Shown here: positions 8,262 to 16,244 of the stretch, one piece after another
Position numbering within the stretch: the first letter of the stretch is position 1
Layout of the letters: each line of letters opens with the position of its first letter
Assembly: GCA_965279525.1 (NCBI GenBank)
Contig: CBDIIB010000002.1
Span: 256,001 to 320,000 of the forward strand
Direction: 5' to 3'
DNA: 64,000 nt
Source of the DNA: Tagaea sp.
GTDB taxonomy: Bacteria > Pseudomonadota > Alphaproteobacteria > CACIAM-22H2
The notes under the pieces: model-generated
Seen by the model: the letters and a program-made list of their open reading frames with translations, nothing else
Told to the model about the DNA's origin: nothing
The model's database searches: none
Program-made: the position numbers and the translations under genes

Positions 8262-9608
8262 CTACCTGCGCGCAAGCGGGCCGGCAAGCGCCTCGCCGCC
8301 GAACAGACGCGCCGCGGCGTGGATCTCGAGCGCCATGTTCGAGGTCTCGACCAGCGCGTCGTAGCTTTCGATGCCGCGCCGCTCGCAGATCTCGACGAGA
8401 CGCACGAAGATCTCGGCCGTCGCGCGCGCGTCATCGAGGGCGGAATGGCGCCGGCCGATCTCCACGCCCATCCGGCGCGCCAGCGCGTCCAGGCTGTGGT
8501 CGGCAAGGTCGGGAAACAGCCAGCGCGCGATCATCAGCGTGTCGAAGGGCGGATTGTCGATCTCGATCCCCGCCGCCGCGGCAGCGCGGCGCAGGAACGC
8601 GAGGTCGAAGGCGGCGTTGTGGGCGACGAGGACGGCGTCGTGGGCGAACAGCTTGAACGCGCGCGCGGCCTGGGCCGCCGACGGCGCTCCGACGACCGCC
8701 TTGTCGTCGATCCCGTGGAAGACGGTCGAGGCGGCCGGGATCGGGCGGCCGGGATCGACGAGCGTCGTGTAGCTTTCGCCGGCGAGGATGCGCGTGCCCA
8801 GCACGCGGATGGCGCCGACCGACACGATCGCGTCGCTGGCGGTGTCGAGGCCGGTCGTCTCGAGATCGAACACGACATAGGCGAGTGCCGAGAGCTTGCG
8901 CGCACCCACGCGCCCGCCGGCCGGTTTCAGGCGGGCAAGGTCGAAATCGTAGAATTCCGGGCGCGGTGCGGCGGCGGCCGAAGACGAGGCGACCGGTGCG
9001 GAGACGGAGAGGACGTAGGCCTCGCGAGCACCGTCCTCCCCGCGCACCCAGCCGAGCCGGGCCGGATAGGGCCCGCGCCCGTCGCAGAGCGTCACGTCGC
9101 ACGAAACGTTCCCCCCTTCGCCCGCGCGCGCATGCGCCGTCGCGAGTGCCTCCGAGGTTACCAGCGTCGTCAGGTCGCGTTGCAGGCCGACCGGCCCGCA
9201 GGGTGCGAGCAGGTCGTGCGCGCGGTCGTTGAGCAGCAGGATGCGATGATCGGGTGCCGCGACGACGACGGCTTCGTTGAGGTCGCGCAGGATCGCCTCG
9301 AGCCAGCGCCGGTCGTGCGCCAGTTCGGCGTCCGCACCCGCTTGCGCGGCTAGGGCCGCCGAAAGGCGCTCGGTGTCGAGCCGGTGCGCGTCGATCGCGT
9401 CGGCAAGCGGCTTGGCCAGCTTGTGGCGTGCGGCCCGCGCGACGAGACCGGCGGCAAGTGCCACGCCTGCCGCGGCCGAGACGAGCACGCCCGCGAACCC
9501 GGCTTCGTGGCCGCCGCGCGTCAGGCTCCAGTAGAGCGCCGCGAAAAGGCCGGTCCCGGCAAGCACCGCCGTCGCGAGATCGTTGAGGGAAAGCCGGTTC
9601 CTGTCCAT
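8262..9608 (-). CDS. Membrane-anchored 3'-5' exonuclease (DEDDh, DnaQ-like) with N-terminal TM helices and a PAS-like domain
   Basis: Two N-terminal hydrophobic helices; LEAILRDLNEAVVV..DHRILLLNDRA (PAS-like); RPEFYDFDL linker; VVFDLETTG, HNAAFD, RHSALDDA exonuclease motifs. Confidence 0.85.
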   Translation of the reverse strand: MDRNRLSLNDLATAVLAGTGLFAALYWSLTRGGHEAGFAGVLVSAAAGVALAAGLVARAARHKLAKPLADAIDAHRLDTERLSAALAAQAGADAELAHDRRWLEAILRDLNEAVVVAAPDHRILLLNDRAHDLLAPCGPVGLQRDLTTLVTSEALATAHARAGEGGNVSCDVTLCDGRGPYPARLGWVRGEDGAREAYVLSVSAPVASSSAAAAPRPEFYDFDLARLKPAGGRVGARKLSALAYVVFDLETTGLDTASDAIVSVGAIRVLGTRILAGESYTTLVDPGRPIPAASTVFHGIDDKAVVGAPSAAQAARAFKLFAHDAVLVAHNAAFDLAFLRRAAAAAGIEIDNPPFDTLMIARWLFPDLADHSLDALARRMGVEIGRRHSALDDARATAEIFVRLVEICERRGIESYDALVETSNMALEIHAAARLFGGEALAGPLARR

Positions 9609-9655
9609 GCCGGCACAGGATAGCGCCCCGCGATGGCCCATGCTATCGAGACGCC

Positions 9656-10822
9656 ATGACCGATCCGAACGCCCCCGGCGGCTGGACGCCGATCCCGATT
9701 TCCGTCCTGACCGGCTTCCTGGGCAGCGGCAAGACCACGCTTCTGGGCCAGCTCCTGCGCCACCCCGGCATGGCCAAGACCGCCGTCATCATCAACGAGT
9801 TCGGCGAGATCGGTCTCGACGACCTGCTGGTGCAGGGCGAGCTTCTGAACCATGTCGATCCGGGTGCGGCGACCCAATTCGTCAAGATGAACGCCGGCTG
9901 CCTGTGCTGCACGGTGCGCGGCGACCTCGAAGTGGCGTTGCGCGACCTCTACCTGAAGCGCGTGCGCGGCCAGGTGCCGGATTTCAAGCGCGTCGTGATC
10001 GAGACGACCGGTCTTGCCGATCCGGCCCCCATCCTGCACACGCTGATGGACGACCCGATCCTCGCGGCCTACTACCGGCTCGACGGCGTGGTCGCCACGG
10101 TCGACGCGGTCAATGCGATGCGCGAGCTCGACGACCAGTTCGAGAGCGTCAAGCAGATCGCCGTCGCCGACCGGCTCGTGCTGACCAAGACCGACATCGC
10201 CGACGCGCACGACGTGGCGCATCTGCGCGCGCGCCTTGCCACGATCAATCCGGGTGCCCCCGTCATCGTCGCGACGATGGGCAAGGCCGATCCGGCCGCC
10301 CTGTTCGATGCCGGTCTCTACGATCCCGCGACCAAGACCGCCGACGTGCGCCGCTGGCTCAACGAAGAAGCCTATGCGGCCGGAAAATCGGCGCCGCACG
10401 GCCACGAGCATGGGCACGACCATCACCACGACCACGATCATGCGCACGGGCACAACCATGGCCACGATCACGCGCACGACATCAACCGGCACGACGACCG
10501 CATCCGCGCGCACTGCCTGGTCATCGACGAACCGCTCGAATGGGACATGGTCGCGGCGTGGCTCGGCAGCCTTGCCCAGTCGCGCGGCCCCGACCTGCTG
10601 CGCATGAAGGGCATCGTCAACGTCGCGGGCGAAACACAGCCCGTGGTGCTGCATGGCGTGCAGCATCTTTTCCACCCGCCGGCGCGCCTGCCGGCCTGGC
10701 CGGACGACGACCGGCGGACCAAGCTTGTCTTCATCACCCGGGACGTGGCGCGCGAGGACATCGAGAAATCGCTCGAGGCATTCCGCACGGACGCCGCGAA
10801 GCGCGCGAGCCTTCGCGCTTGA
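9656..10822 (+). CDS. COG0523/CobW-family metallochaperone GTPase with His-rich insert
   Basis: LTGFLGSGKTT, INEFGEIGLD, GCLCC, IETTGLADP, TKTD, poly-His HGHEHGHDHHHDHDHAHGHNHGHDHAH, LLRMKGI. Confidence 0.92.
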   Translation: MTDPNAPGGWTPIPISVLTGFLGSGKTTLLGQLLRHPGMAKTAVIINEFGEIGLDDLLVQGELLNHVDPGAATQFVKMNAGCLCCTVRGDLEVALRDLYLKRVRGQVPDFKRVVIETTGLADPAPILHTLMDDPILAAYYRLDGVVATVDAVNAMRELDDQFESVKQIAVADRLVLTKTDIADAHDVAHLRARLATINPGAPVIVATMGKADPAALFDAGLYDPATKTADVRRWLNEEAYAAGKSAPHGHEHGHDHHHDHDHAHGHNHGHDHAHDINRHDDRIRAHCLVIDEPLEWDMVAAWLGSLAQSRGPDLLRMKGIVNVAGETQPVVLHGVQHLFHPPARLPAWPDDDRRTKLVFITRDVAREDIEKSLEAFRTDAAKRASLRA

Positions 10823-10881
10823 TCGCCCGTCGCCGGCTGTGCTATTTCCGGGGCGCTGAAATTCGGAAGGACGATCCAAAG

Positions 10882-12564
10882 ATGGCCGCCTACCAGTACG
10901 TCTACGTGATGAAGCGTCTCGCCAAGGTCTATCCGGGCGGGAAGAAGGTTCTGGACGACATCTGGCTGTCCTTCATGCCGGGCGCCAAGATCGGCGTGCT
11001 CGGCCTCAACGGGTCGGGCAAGTCGACGCTGCTCAAGATCATGGCCGGACGCGATCCGGATACCGGGGGCGAGCACTTCCTCGCCGAGGGCGCCACCTGC
11101 GGCTATCTCGAGCAGGAGCCGCATCTCGACCCGAAGAAGACGGTGGCCCAGAACGTCATGGAGGGGCTCGGCCCCCTGAAGACGATGGTCGACCGCTTCG
11201 AGGAAGTGTCGAACAAGCTGGGCGAAGTCACCGACGATGACGAGATGAACGCGCTGCTCGCCGAACAGGCCGAGCTGCAGGAAACCATCGACGCCGCGAA
11301 CGCGTGGGATCTCAACCGCACGATCGAGATCGCGATGGATGCGCTGCGCTGCCCGCCGGGCGACGCGGAAGTGACCAAGCTTTCGGGCGGCGAGCGCCGG
11401 CGCGTGGCGCTGTGCCGCCTGCTGCTCCAGAAACCCGACCTGCTGCTGCTCGACGAACCGACCAACCATCTCGATGCCGAATCGGTCGCCTGGCTCGAGC
11501 GCTTCCTGCACGAGTATCCGGGCTGCGTCGTGGCCGTCACGCACGACCGCTACTTCCTCGACAACGTCGCCGGCTGGATCCTCGAACTCGACCGCGGCAA
11601 GGGCATTCCGTGGGAAGGCAACTACTCGTCGTGGCTCGACCAGAAGCAGAAGCGGCTGGCGCTCGAGGAAAAGCAGGAGACGAACCGCCAGAAGACGCTC
11701 GAACGCGAGCTCGAATGGATCAAGTCGAGCCCGCGCGCCCGCCAGGCCAAGAACAAGGCGCGCATCCAGGCCTACGACGCGCTGGTCGCCGAAGAACGCG
11801 ACCGGGCGCCGGAAAGCGTGCAGATCGCCATCGCCCCGGGCCCTCGCCTGGGCAACACGGTCGTCAACGCCGAGAAGCTCACCAAGGGCTTCGGCGACGT
11901 GCTGCTGATCGACAAGCTCGACTTCCGCATGCCGGCCGGCGGCATCGTGGGCATCATCGGCCCGAACGGTGCCGGCAAGACGACGCTGTTCCGCATGCTC
12001 GTGGGCCAGGACAAGCCGGATTCAGGCACGCTGACGATCGGCGACACGGTCAAGTTCGGCTATGTCGACCAGAGCCGCGATTCGCTCGATGCGAACAAGA
12101 CCGTCTGGGAAGAGGTCTCGGGCGGCGACGACATCCTCGTCATCGGCGGCAGGAACGTGCCGAGCCGGGCCTATGTCGCGTCGTTCAATTTCAAGGGAGC
12201 CGACCAGCAGAAGAAGGTCGGGCAGCTGTCGGGCGGCGAACGCAACCGCCTGCAGCTCGCCAAGATGCTGAAGGCCGGCTCGAACGTGCTGCTGCTCGAC
12301 GAACCGACCAACGATCTCGACGTCGACACGCTGCGCGCACTTGAAGAAGCGCTGCTCGGCTATTCGGGCTGCGTCATGGTGATCAGCCACGACCGCTGGT
12401 TCCTCGACCGCGTCGCCACGCACATCCTGAGCTTCGAGGGCGACAGCCAGGTCGTCTGGTTCGAGGGCAACTACCAGGATTACGAGGCCGACAAGAAGCG
12501 CCGCCTGGGTGCGGACGCCGACCAGCCGCACCGGATCAAGTACAAGCCGCTGACCAGGGATTGA
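10882..12564 (+). CDS. ettA: Energy-dependent translational throttle ABC-F protein EttA
   Basis: MAAYQYVYVM start, two ABC domains (GLNGSGKST, GPNGAGKTT, LSGGE), SPRARQAKNKAR, C-terminal PHRIKYKPL. Confidence 0.95.
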   Translation: MAAYQYVYVMKRLAKVYPGGKKVLDDIWLSFMPGAKIGVLGLNGSGKSTLLKIMAGRDPDTGGEHFLAEGATCGYLEQEPHLDPKKTVAQNVMEGLGPLKTMVDRFEEVSNKLGEVTDDDEMNALLAEQAELQETIDAANAWDLNRTIEIAMDALRCPPGDAEVTKLSGGERRRVALCRLLLQKPDLLLLDEPTNHLDAESVAWLERFLHEYPGCVVAVTHDRYFLDNVAGWILELDRGKGIPWEGNYSSWLDQKQKRLALEEKQETNRQKTLERELEWIKSSPRARQAKNKARIQAYDALVAEERDRAPESVQIAIAPGPRLGNTVVNAEKLTKGFGDVLLIDKLDFRMPAGGIVGIIGPNGAGKTTLFRMLVGQDKPDSGTLTIGDTVKFGYVDQSRDSLDANKTVWEEVSGGDDILVIGGRNVPSRAYVASFNFKGADQQKKVGQLSGGERNRLQLAKMLKAGSNVLLLDEPTNDLDVDTLRALEEALLGYSGCVMVISHDRWFLDRVATHILSFEGDSQVVWFEGNYQDYEADKKRRLGADADQPHRIKYKPLTRD

Positions 12565-12583
12565 GGCCCGCAACGGGCCCGGC

Positions 12584-13204
12584 TCAGCTCTTGCCGGGCG
12601 TCCCTGTCTTGCCGCGCAGCGCTTCGATCAGCGCGCTGAGGCGCCCGCCGTTGCGCTGGATCGTCGACGAAAAGTCGTCGCGCTGCGTGATGACCATGCT
12701 GACATCCTCGATGATGACGTCGATGATCCGCCAGCCGCCCGGGTTGCTCGGCCGCAGGCGCCAGGCCACGCGCACGGGTGCTCCCTGGGCACGCACGAAC
12801 TCCGACGAGACGAACACTTCTCCGTCGTCGCCGCGGCGCGAACCGGTCGTGCGGATGGCTTCGCCGCCGTAGTCGGCAAAGCGCGTCGCGTAGGACGCGA
12901 CGATGAAATCCTCGAACGCCTTGAGGTATTCGGTGCGGTCGGCTTCGCTCGCGGTCCGCCACGGCGTGCCGAGCGCGAAGCGCCCGATCGTGGGTACGTC
13001 GAAGGTTTCAGTGAACAGCGTGCGGAAGCGCGCGGCACGGTCGGCGTTGTCGATGTCCTTGGCCGTCAGCCCGACGATCGCGCGCTGCGCCAGGGAATCG
13101 ATGAAGGCAGTCGCTTCGGGAACGGCGTTCTGAGCGCCGACCGGTGCCGCAAAGACGAAGCTGGCGACTGCCGCAAGTGCCGCGATGAAATTGCGCCGGA
13201 TCAT
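12584..13204 (-). CDS. mlaC: MlaC/Ttg2D phospholipid-binding periplasmic protein
   Basis: Signal peptide; FDVPTIGRFALG, WRIIDVIIEDVSMVITQRDDF; adjacent to mlaA. Confidence 0.9.
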   Translation of the reverse strand: MIRRNFIAALAAVASFVFAAPVGAQNAVPEATAFIDSLAQRAIVGLTAKDIDNADRAARFRTLFTETFDVPTIGRFALGTPWRTASEADRTEYLKAFEDFIVASYATRFADYGGEAIRTTGSRRGDDGEVFVSSEFVRAQGAPVRVAWRLRPSNPGGWRIIDVIIEDVSMVITQRDDFSSTIQRNGGRLSALIEALRGKTGTPGKS

Positions 13205-13216
13205 CGTTCCGGCGCC

Positions 13217-14050
13217 TCAGCGCGGAACTTCGGCGCGCGGCCCCGAGCCGCCGATGCCTTCGTACTCCGTCATGCGCGGCGACGGCGGGCTCGAACCGGG
13301 TGCTGCATTGCGGATCTCGCTGCGCCGCCGTTCGACCGAGATCCGGCGCACGGTGGCGTACAGGTCGGTCGCCGAGCGTTCGACGTCTTCGATCTGCTGG
13401 CGGTTGGCATCGCGGTAGTGGACGGCGGTGAGGCCACCGCGCGCCGGCGAGGCCCAGTTGGCATCGGCGCCGCGGGTCACGAGATTGAACGGATCGAGGA
13501 ACGCGTCGACGACCAGGCCGACGGCATCGCGCCCGTTCGACGGGCCGAAGACGGGCAGCATCAGATAAGGGCCGTCGTTGGTTCCCCAGCGCGCGAACGT
13601 CTGGCCAGACTCTTCCTCATGCTGGACGAAGCCCATGTCCGCAGCCGGATCGAAAACGCCGAAAAACCCGATGAAGGTATTGATGAAGAAACGCGCGACG
13701 GCCGTGCCGGCGCGGTTGCCCTCGCCCTGCAGCCCGTCGTTGATCGCGGTCCACGGATTGCGCAGGTTGCCGAGGAAGTTGCCGGTGCCGGTGCGCACGC
13801 CCTGCGGCAGCATTCCGTACCATGCGGCCATCGGCTTCAGCGCGATCGTATCGAGGAAGCGGTTGACCTCGAAGAAGTAGCGGTTCATCGGCTCGAGCGG
13901 ATCCCAGATCTCGTCGCCGGCCTGGACATTGTTGGCCTGCGCGACGTTGCGCCCATCGGCCTGTGCAACCGGAGCCAGCAGCAGGAAAACCGCAAGGAAT
14001 GGCGAGATCAGGAGCCACAAAGGGCGTCGGGTGGAGCGGGAGGCGGACAT
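13217..14050 (-). CDS. mlaA: MlaA/VacJ family protein (no lipobox cysteine)
   Basis: DPLEPMNR, RFFINTFIGFFGVFDPA, GQTFARWG..GPYLMLPVFGPSNGRD. Confidence 0.9.
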   Translation of the reverse strand: MSASRSTRRPLWLLISPFLAVFLLLAPVAQADGRNVAQANNVQAGDEIWDPLEPMNRYFFEVNRFLDTIALKPMAAWYGMLPQGVRTGTGNFLGNLRNPWTAINDGLQGEGNRAGTAVARFFINTFIGFFGVFDPAADMGFVQHEEESGQTFARWGTNDGPYLMLPVFGPSNGRDAVGLVVDAFLDPFNLVTRGADANWASPARGGLTAVHYRDANRQQIEDVERSATDLYATVRRISVERRRSEIRNAAPGSSPPSPRMTEYEGIGGSGPRAEVPR

Positions 14051-14298
14051 CTGGACGGCGATACCCTTCGAAGCTGAATGCTGTTCCGCGCAAGATACGC
14101 TCGAAGCCTTACGAGAGCGTGAATGCCGCACGGCTTCTTGATTGATCCGATGATTTCCATCGATTCGATCAGGAAGCAGTGATTGTTATCACAGCGCCGT
14201 CCGGCAGGACCAGTACCCGGGGCGGGGCCGCAAAGGTTAACGCGGCGATGTTGCGGAATAGGCACACACGCCGGACCGTTTCCACAACGGCTGTAATA

Positions 14299-14330
14299 TT
14301 GACTAAAAGATATAAGCATGTCTTTATGTT
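14299..14330 (+). promoter_or_regulatory. Putative sahR-metF-metH promoter with SahR-like operator
   Basis: TTGACT (14299-14304, -35-like) followed by the imperfect palindrome ATAAGCATGTCTTTAT (14312-14327) just upstream of the ArsR-methyltransferase gene. Confidence 0.6.
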
Positions 14331-14348
14331 TGATCTTGAGGATATGAC

Positions 14349-15308
14349 GTGACCCAGACACTCGACGCTCTCCTGGATGGCCTGCGCGCCGCTGCCGAAC
14401 CCACGCGGTTGCGGCTGCTGGCGTTGTGCGCGCAAGGGGAACTGACGGTCAGCGAGCTTGTCCACATTCTCGGCCAGAGCCAGCCGCGCGTGTCGCGGCA
14501 CCTGAAGCTGCTGTGCGATGCGGGCCTGCTCGACCGGCAACCCGAGGGCAGCTGGGTCTTCTACCGGATGGCCGAAGGATCGAGGGCCAACGGCCTCGTG
14601 CGCCGGCTCGCCGACATGCTGCCGCAGGACGACGTGCAGCTGCTGCGTGACCGCGAGGGGCTAGCGACCGTCCGGCGCGTGCGCGCGGAGCGTGCCGCCG
14701 CCTATTTCGATGCCAATGCCGGAGGCTGGGACCGGATCCGTTCGCTGCACGTGCGCGACGACGAGGTCGAGCGCGAACTCGCGGCCCTGCTGCCGGCCGG
14801 GCCCGGCACTGAAATTCTCGACATCGGCACGGGTACCGGGCGCATCCTCGAACTCATGGGGACGAGCGGCGCTCGCGGCGTGGGCATCGACCAGTCGGCC
14901 GAGATGCTGCGCATCGCACGCGCCAATCTCGCCAAGGCCGGTCTTGCCAACGTCCATGTCCGTCAGGGCGACATGTACAGGCTGCCGTGGCGCGATCCGG
15001 CGTTCGATGCCGTGACCGTCCACCAGGTGCTGCATTTCGCCGACTACCCGGCCCTCGCGATCGCGGAAGCCGCGCGCGTGCTCAAGCCGGGCGGGCGGAT
15101 CGTCATCGCCGATTTCGCCCCCCACGAGCTTGATGCGCTGCGCACCGAGCACGCGCACCGGCGGCTGGGTTTCGCCGATGCGGAAGTGCAAGGCTGGCTG
15201 CGCGCCGCCGGCCTCGATCCCGCCCAAACCGTCGCCCTGCCGGGCGAGAAACTGACCGTCTGCCTGTGGGCCGCCGACAAGCCCGCAGCGATTCCCACGA
15301 CCCACTGA
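14349..15308 (+). CDS. sahR: ArsR-HTH + SAM-dependent methyltransferase-like regulator (SahR)
   Basis: AAAEPTRLRLL..GELTVSEL..LGQSQPRVSRHLKLL; LDIGTGTG; first gene of the metF-metH operon. Confidence 0.85.
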   Translation: MTQTLDALLDGLRAAAEPTRLRLLALCAQGELTVSELVHILGQSQPRVSRHLKLLCDAGLLDRQPEGSWVFYRMAEGSRANGLVRRLADMLPQDDVQLLRDREGLATVRRVRAERAAAYFDANAGGWDRIRSLHVRDDEVERELAALLPAGPGTEILDIGTGTGRILELMGTSGARGVGIDQSAEMLRIARANLAKAGLANVHVRQGDMYRLPWRDPAFDAVTVHQVLHFADYPALAIAEAARVLKPGGRIVIADFAPHELDALRTEHAHRRLGFADAEVQGWLRAAGLDPAQTVALPGEKLTVCLWAADKPAAIPTTH

Positions 15309-15328
15309 GCACGAAGGAAGCGCATTCC

Positions 15329-16231
15329 ATGTCAAACCGACTGTTCGGCGACGACCGCCTGGCCGGCAAGCTCAATGTCAGCTTCGAGTTCTTCCCGCCG
15401 AAGAACGAGGAGATGGACAAGCAGCTCTGGACATCGCTCGAGCGTCTCGCCCCCATGGGTCCGCGCTTCGTGTCGGTCACCTACGGGGCCGGCGGCACCA
15501 CGCGCGAGCGCACGCACGCGGTCGTCAAGCGCATCGCGCAGGAAACCAAGATCAAGCCGGCAGCGCACCTTACCTGCGTGGCCGCGACGCGCGCCGAGAT
15601 CGACGATGTCGTGCGCGCCTACTGGGAAGCGGGCGTGCGCCACATCGTGGCGCTGCGCGGCGACCCGCCGGCCGGCCAGACGCGCTATACGCCGCACCCC
15701 GGCGGCTATGCCTATGCGAACGACCTCATCGCCGGCATCAAGAAGATCGGCGATTTCGAGATTTCCGTCGGCGCCTATCCCGAGGCGCACCCCGACGCGC
15801 CGTCGCCGGAAGCCGATCTCGATTATCTGAAGGCCAAGCTCGATGCCGGCGCCACGCGCGCGATCACGCAGTATTTCTTCGATACCGACGTCTATCTGCG
15901 CTATCGCGACCGCTGTGCGGCACGCGGCATCAGCGCCGAGATCGTGCCGGGCATCCTGCCGGTGACGAATTTCGGCCAGGTCGTCAAATTCTCGAAGATG
16001 TGCGGGGCTTCGGTGCCGCTGTGGCTCGCCCATATCTTCGAAGGGCTCGACAACGATCCCGACACGCGCCGCCTCGTCGCCGCGATGGTGGCGGCCGAGC
16101 AGTGCCGCCGGCTCCAGGCGCACGGCGTGTCGACCTTCCACTTCTACACGCTCAACCGCGCCGACCTCGCCTATTCGATCTGCCACGTGCTGGGCCTCAG
16201 GCCCGTCGCGAGTGCCGTGAAAGCCGCCTGA
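15329..16231 (+). CDS. metF: 5,10-methylenetetrahydrofolate reductase
   Basis: VSFEFFPPK, SVTYGAGG, AHLTCV, ALRGDPP, AYPEAHP, ITQYFFD, FHFYTLN. Confidence 0.96.
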   Translation: MSNRLFGDDRLAGKLNVSFEFFPPKNEEMDKQLWTSLERLAPMGPRFVSVTYGAGGTTRERTHAVVKRIAQETKIKPAAHLTCVAATRAEIDDVVRAYWEAGVRHIVALRGDPPAGQTRYTPHPGGYAYANDLIAGIKKIGDFEISVGAYPEAHPDAPSPEADLDYLKAKLDAGATRAITQYFFDTDVYLRYRDRCAARGISAEIVPGILPVTNFGQVVKFSKMCGASVPLWLAHIFEGLDNDPDTRRLVAAMVAAEQCRRLQAHGVSTFHFYTLNRADLAYSICHVLGLRPVASAVKAA

Positions 16232-16244
16232 AGGAACCAACGCC

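Noticed and set aside
10395-10480. CAC/GAC-rich low-complexity repeat
   Set aside because: It encodes the His-rich metal-binding insert that is normal for COG0523 proteins
9583-10881. 993-aa ORF suggesting a large N-terminal extension of EttA
   Set aside because: The upstream part is an off-frame read of the COG0523 gene; EttA homology starts at ATG 10882
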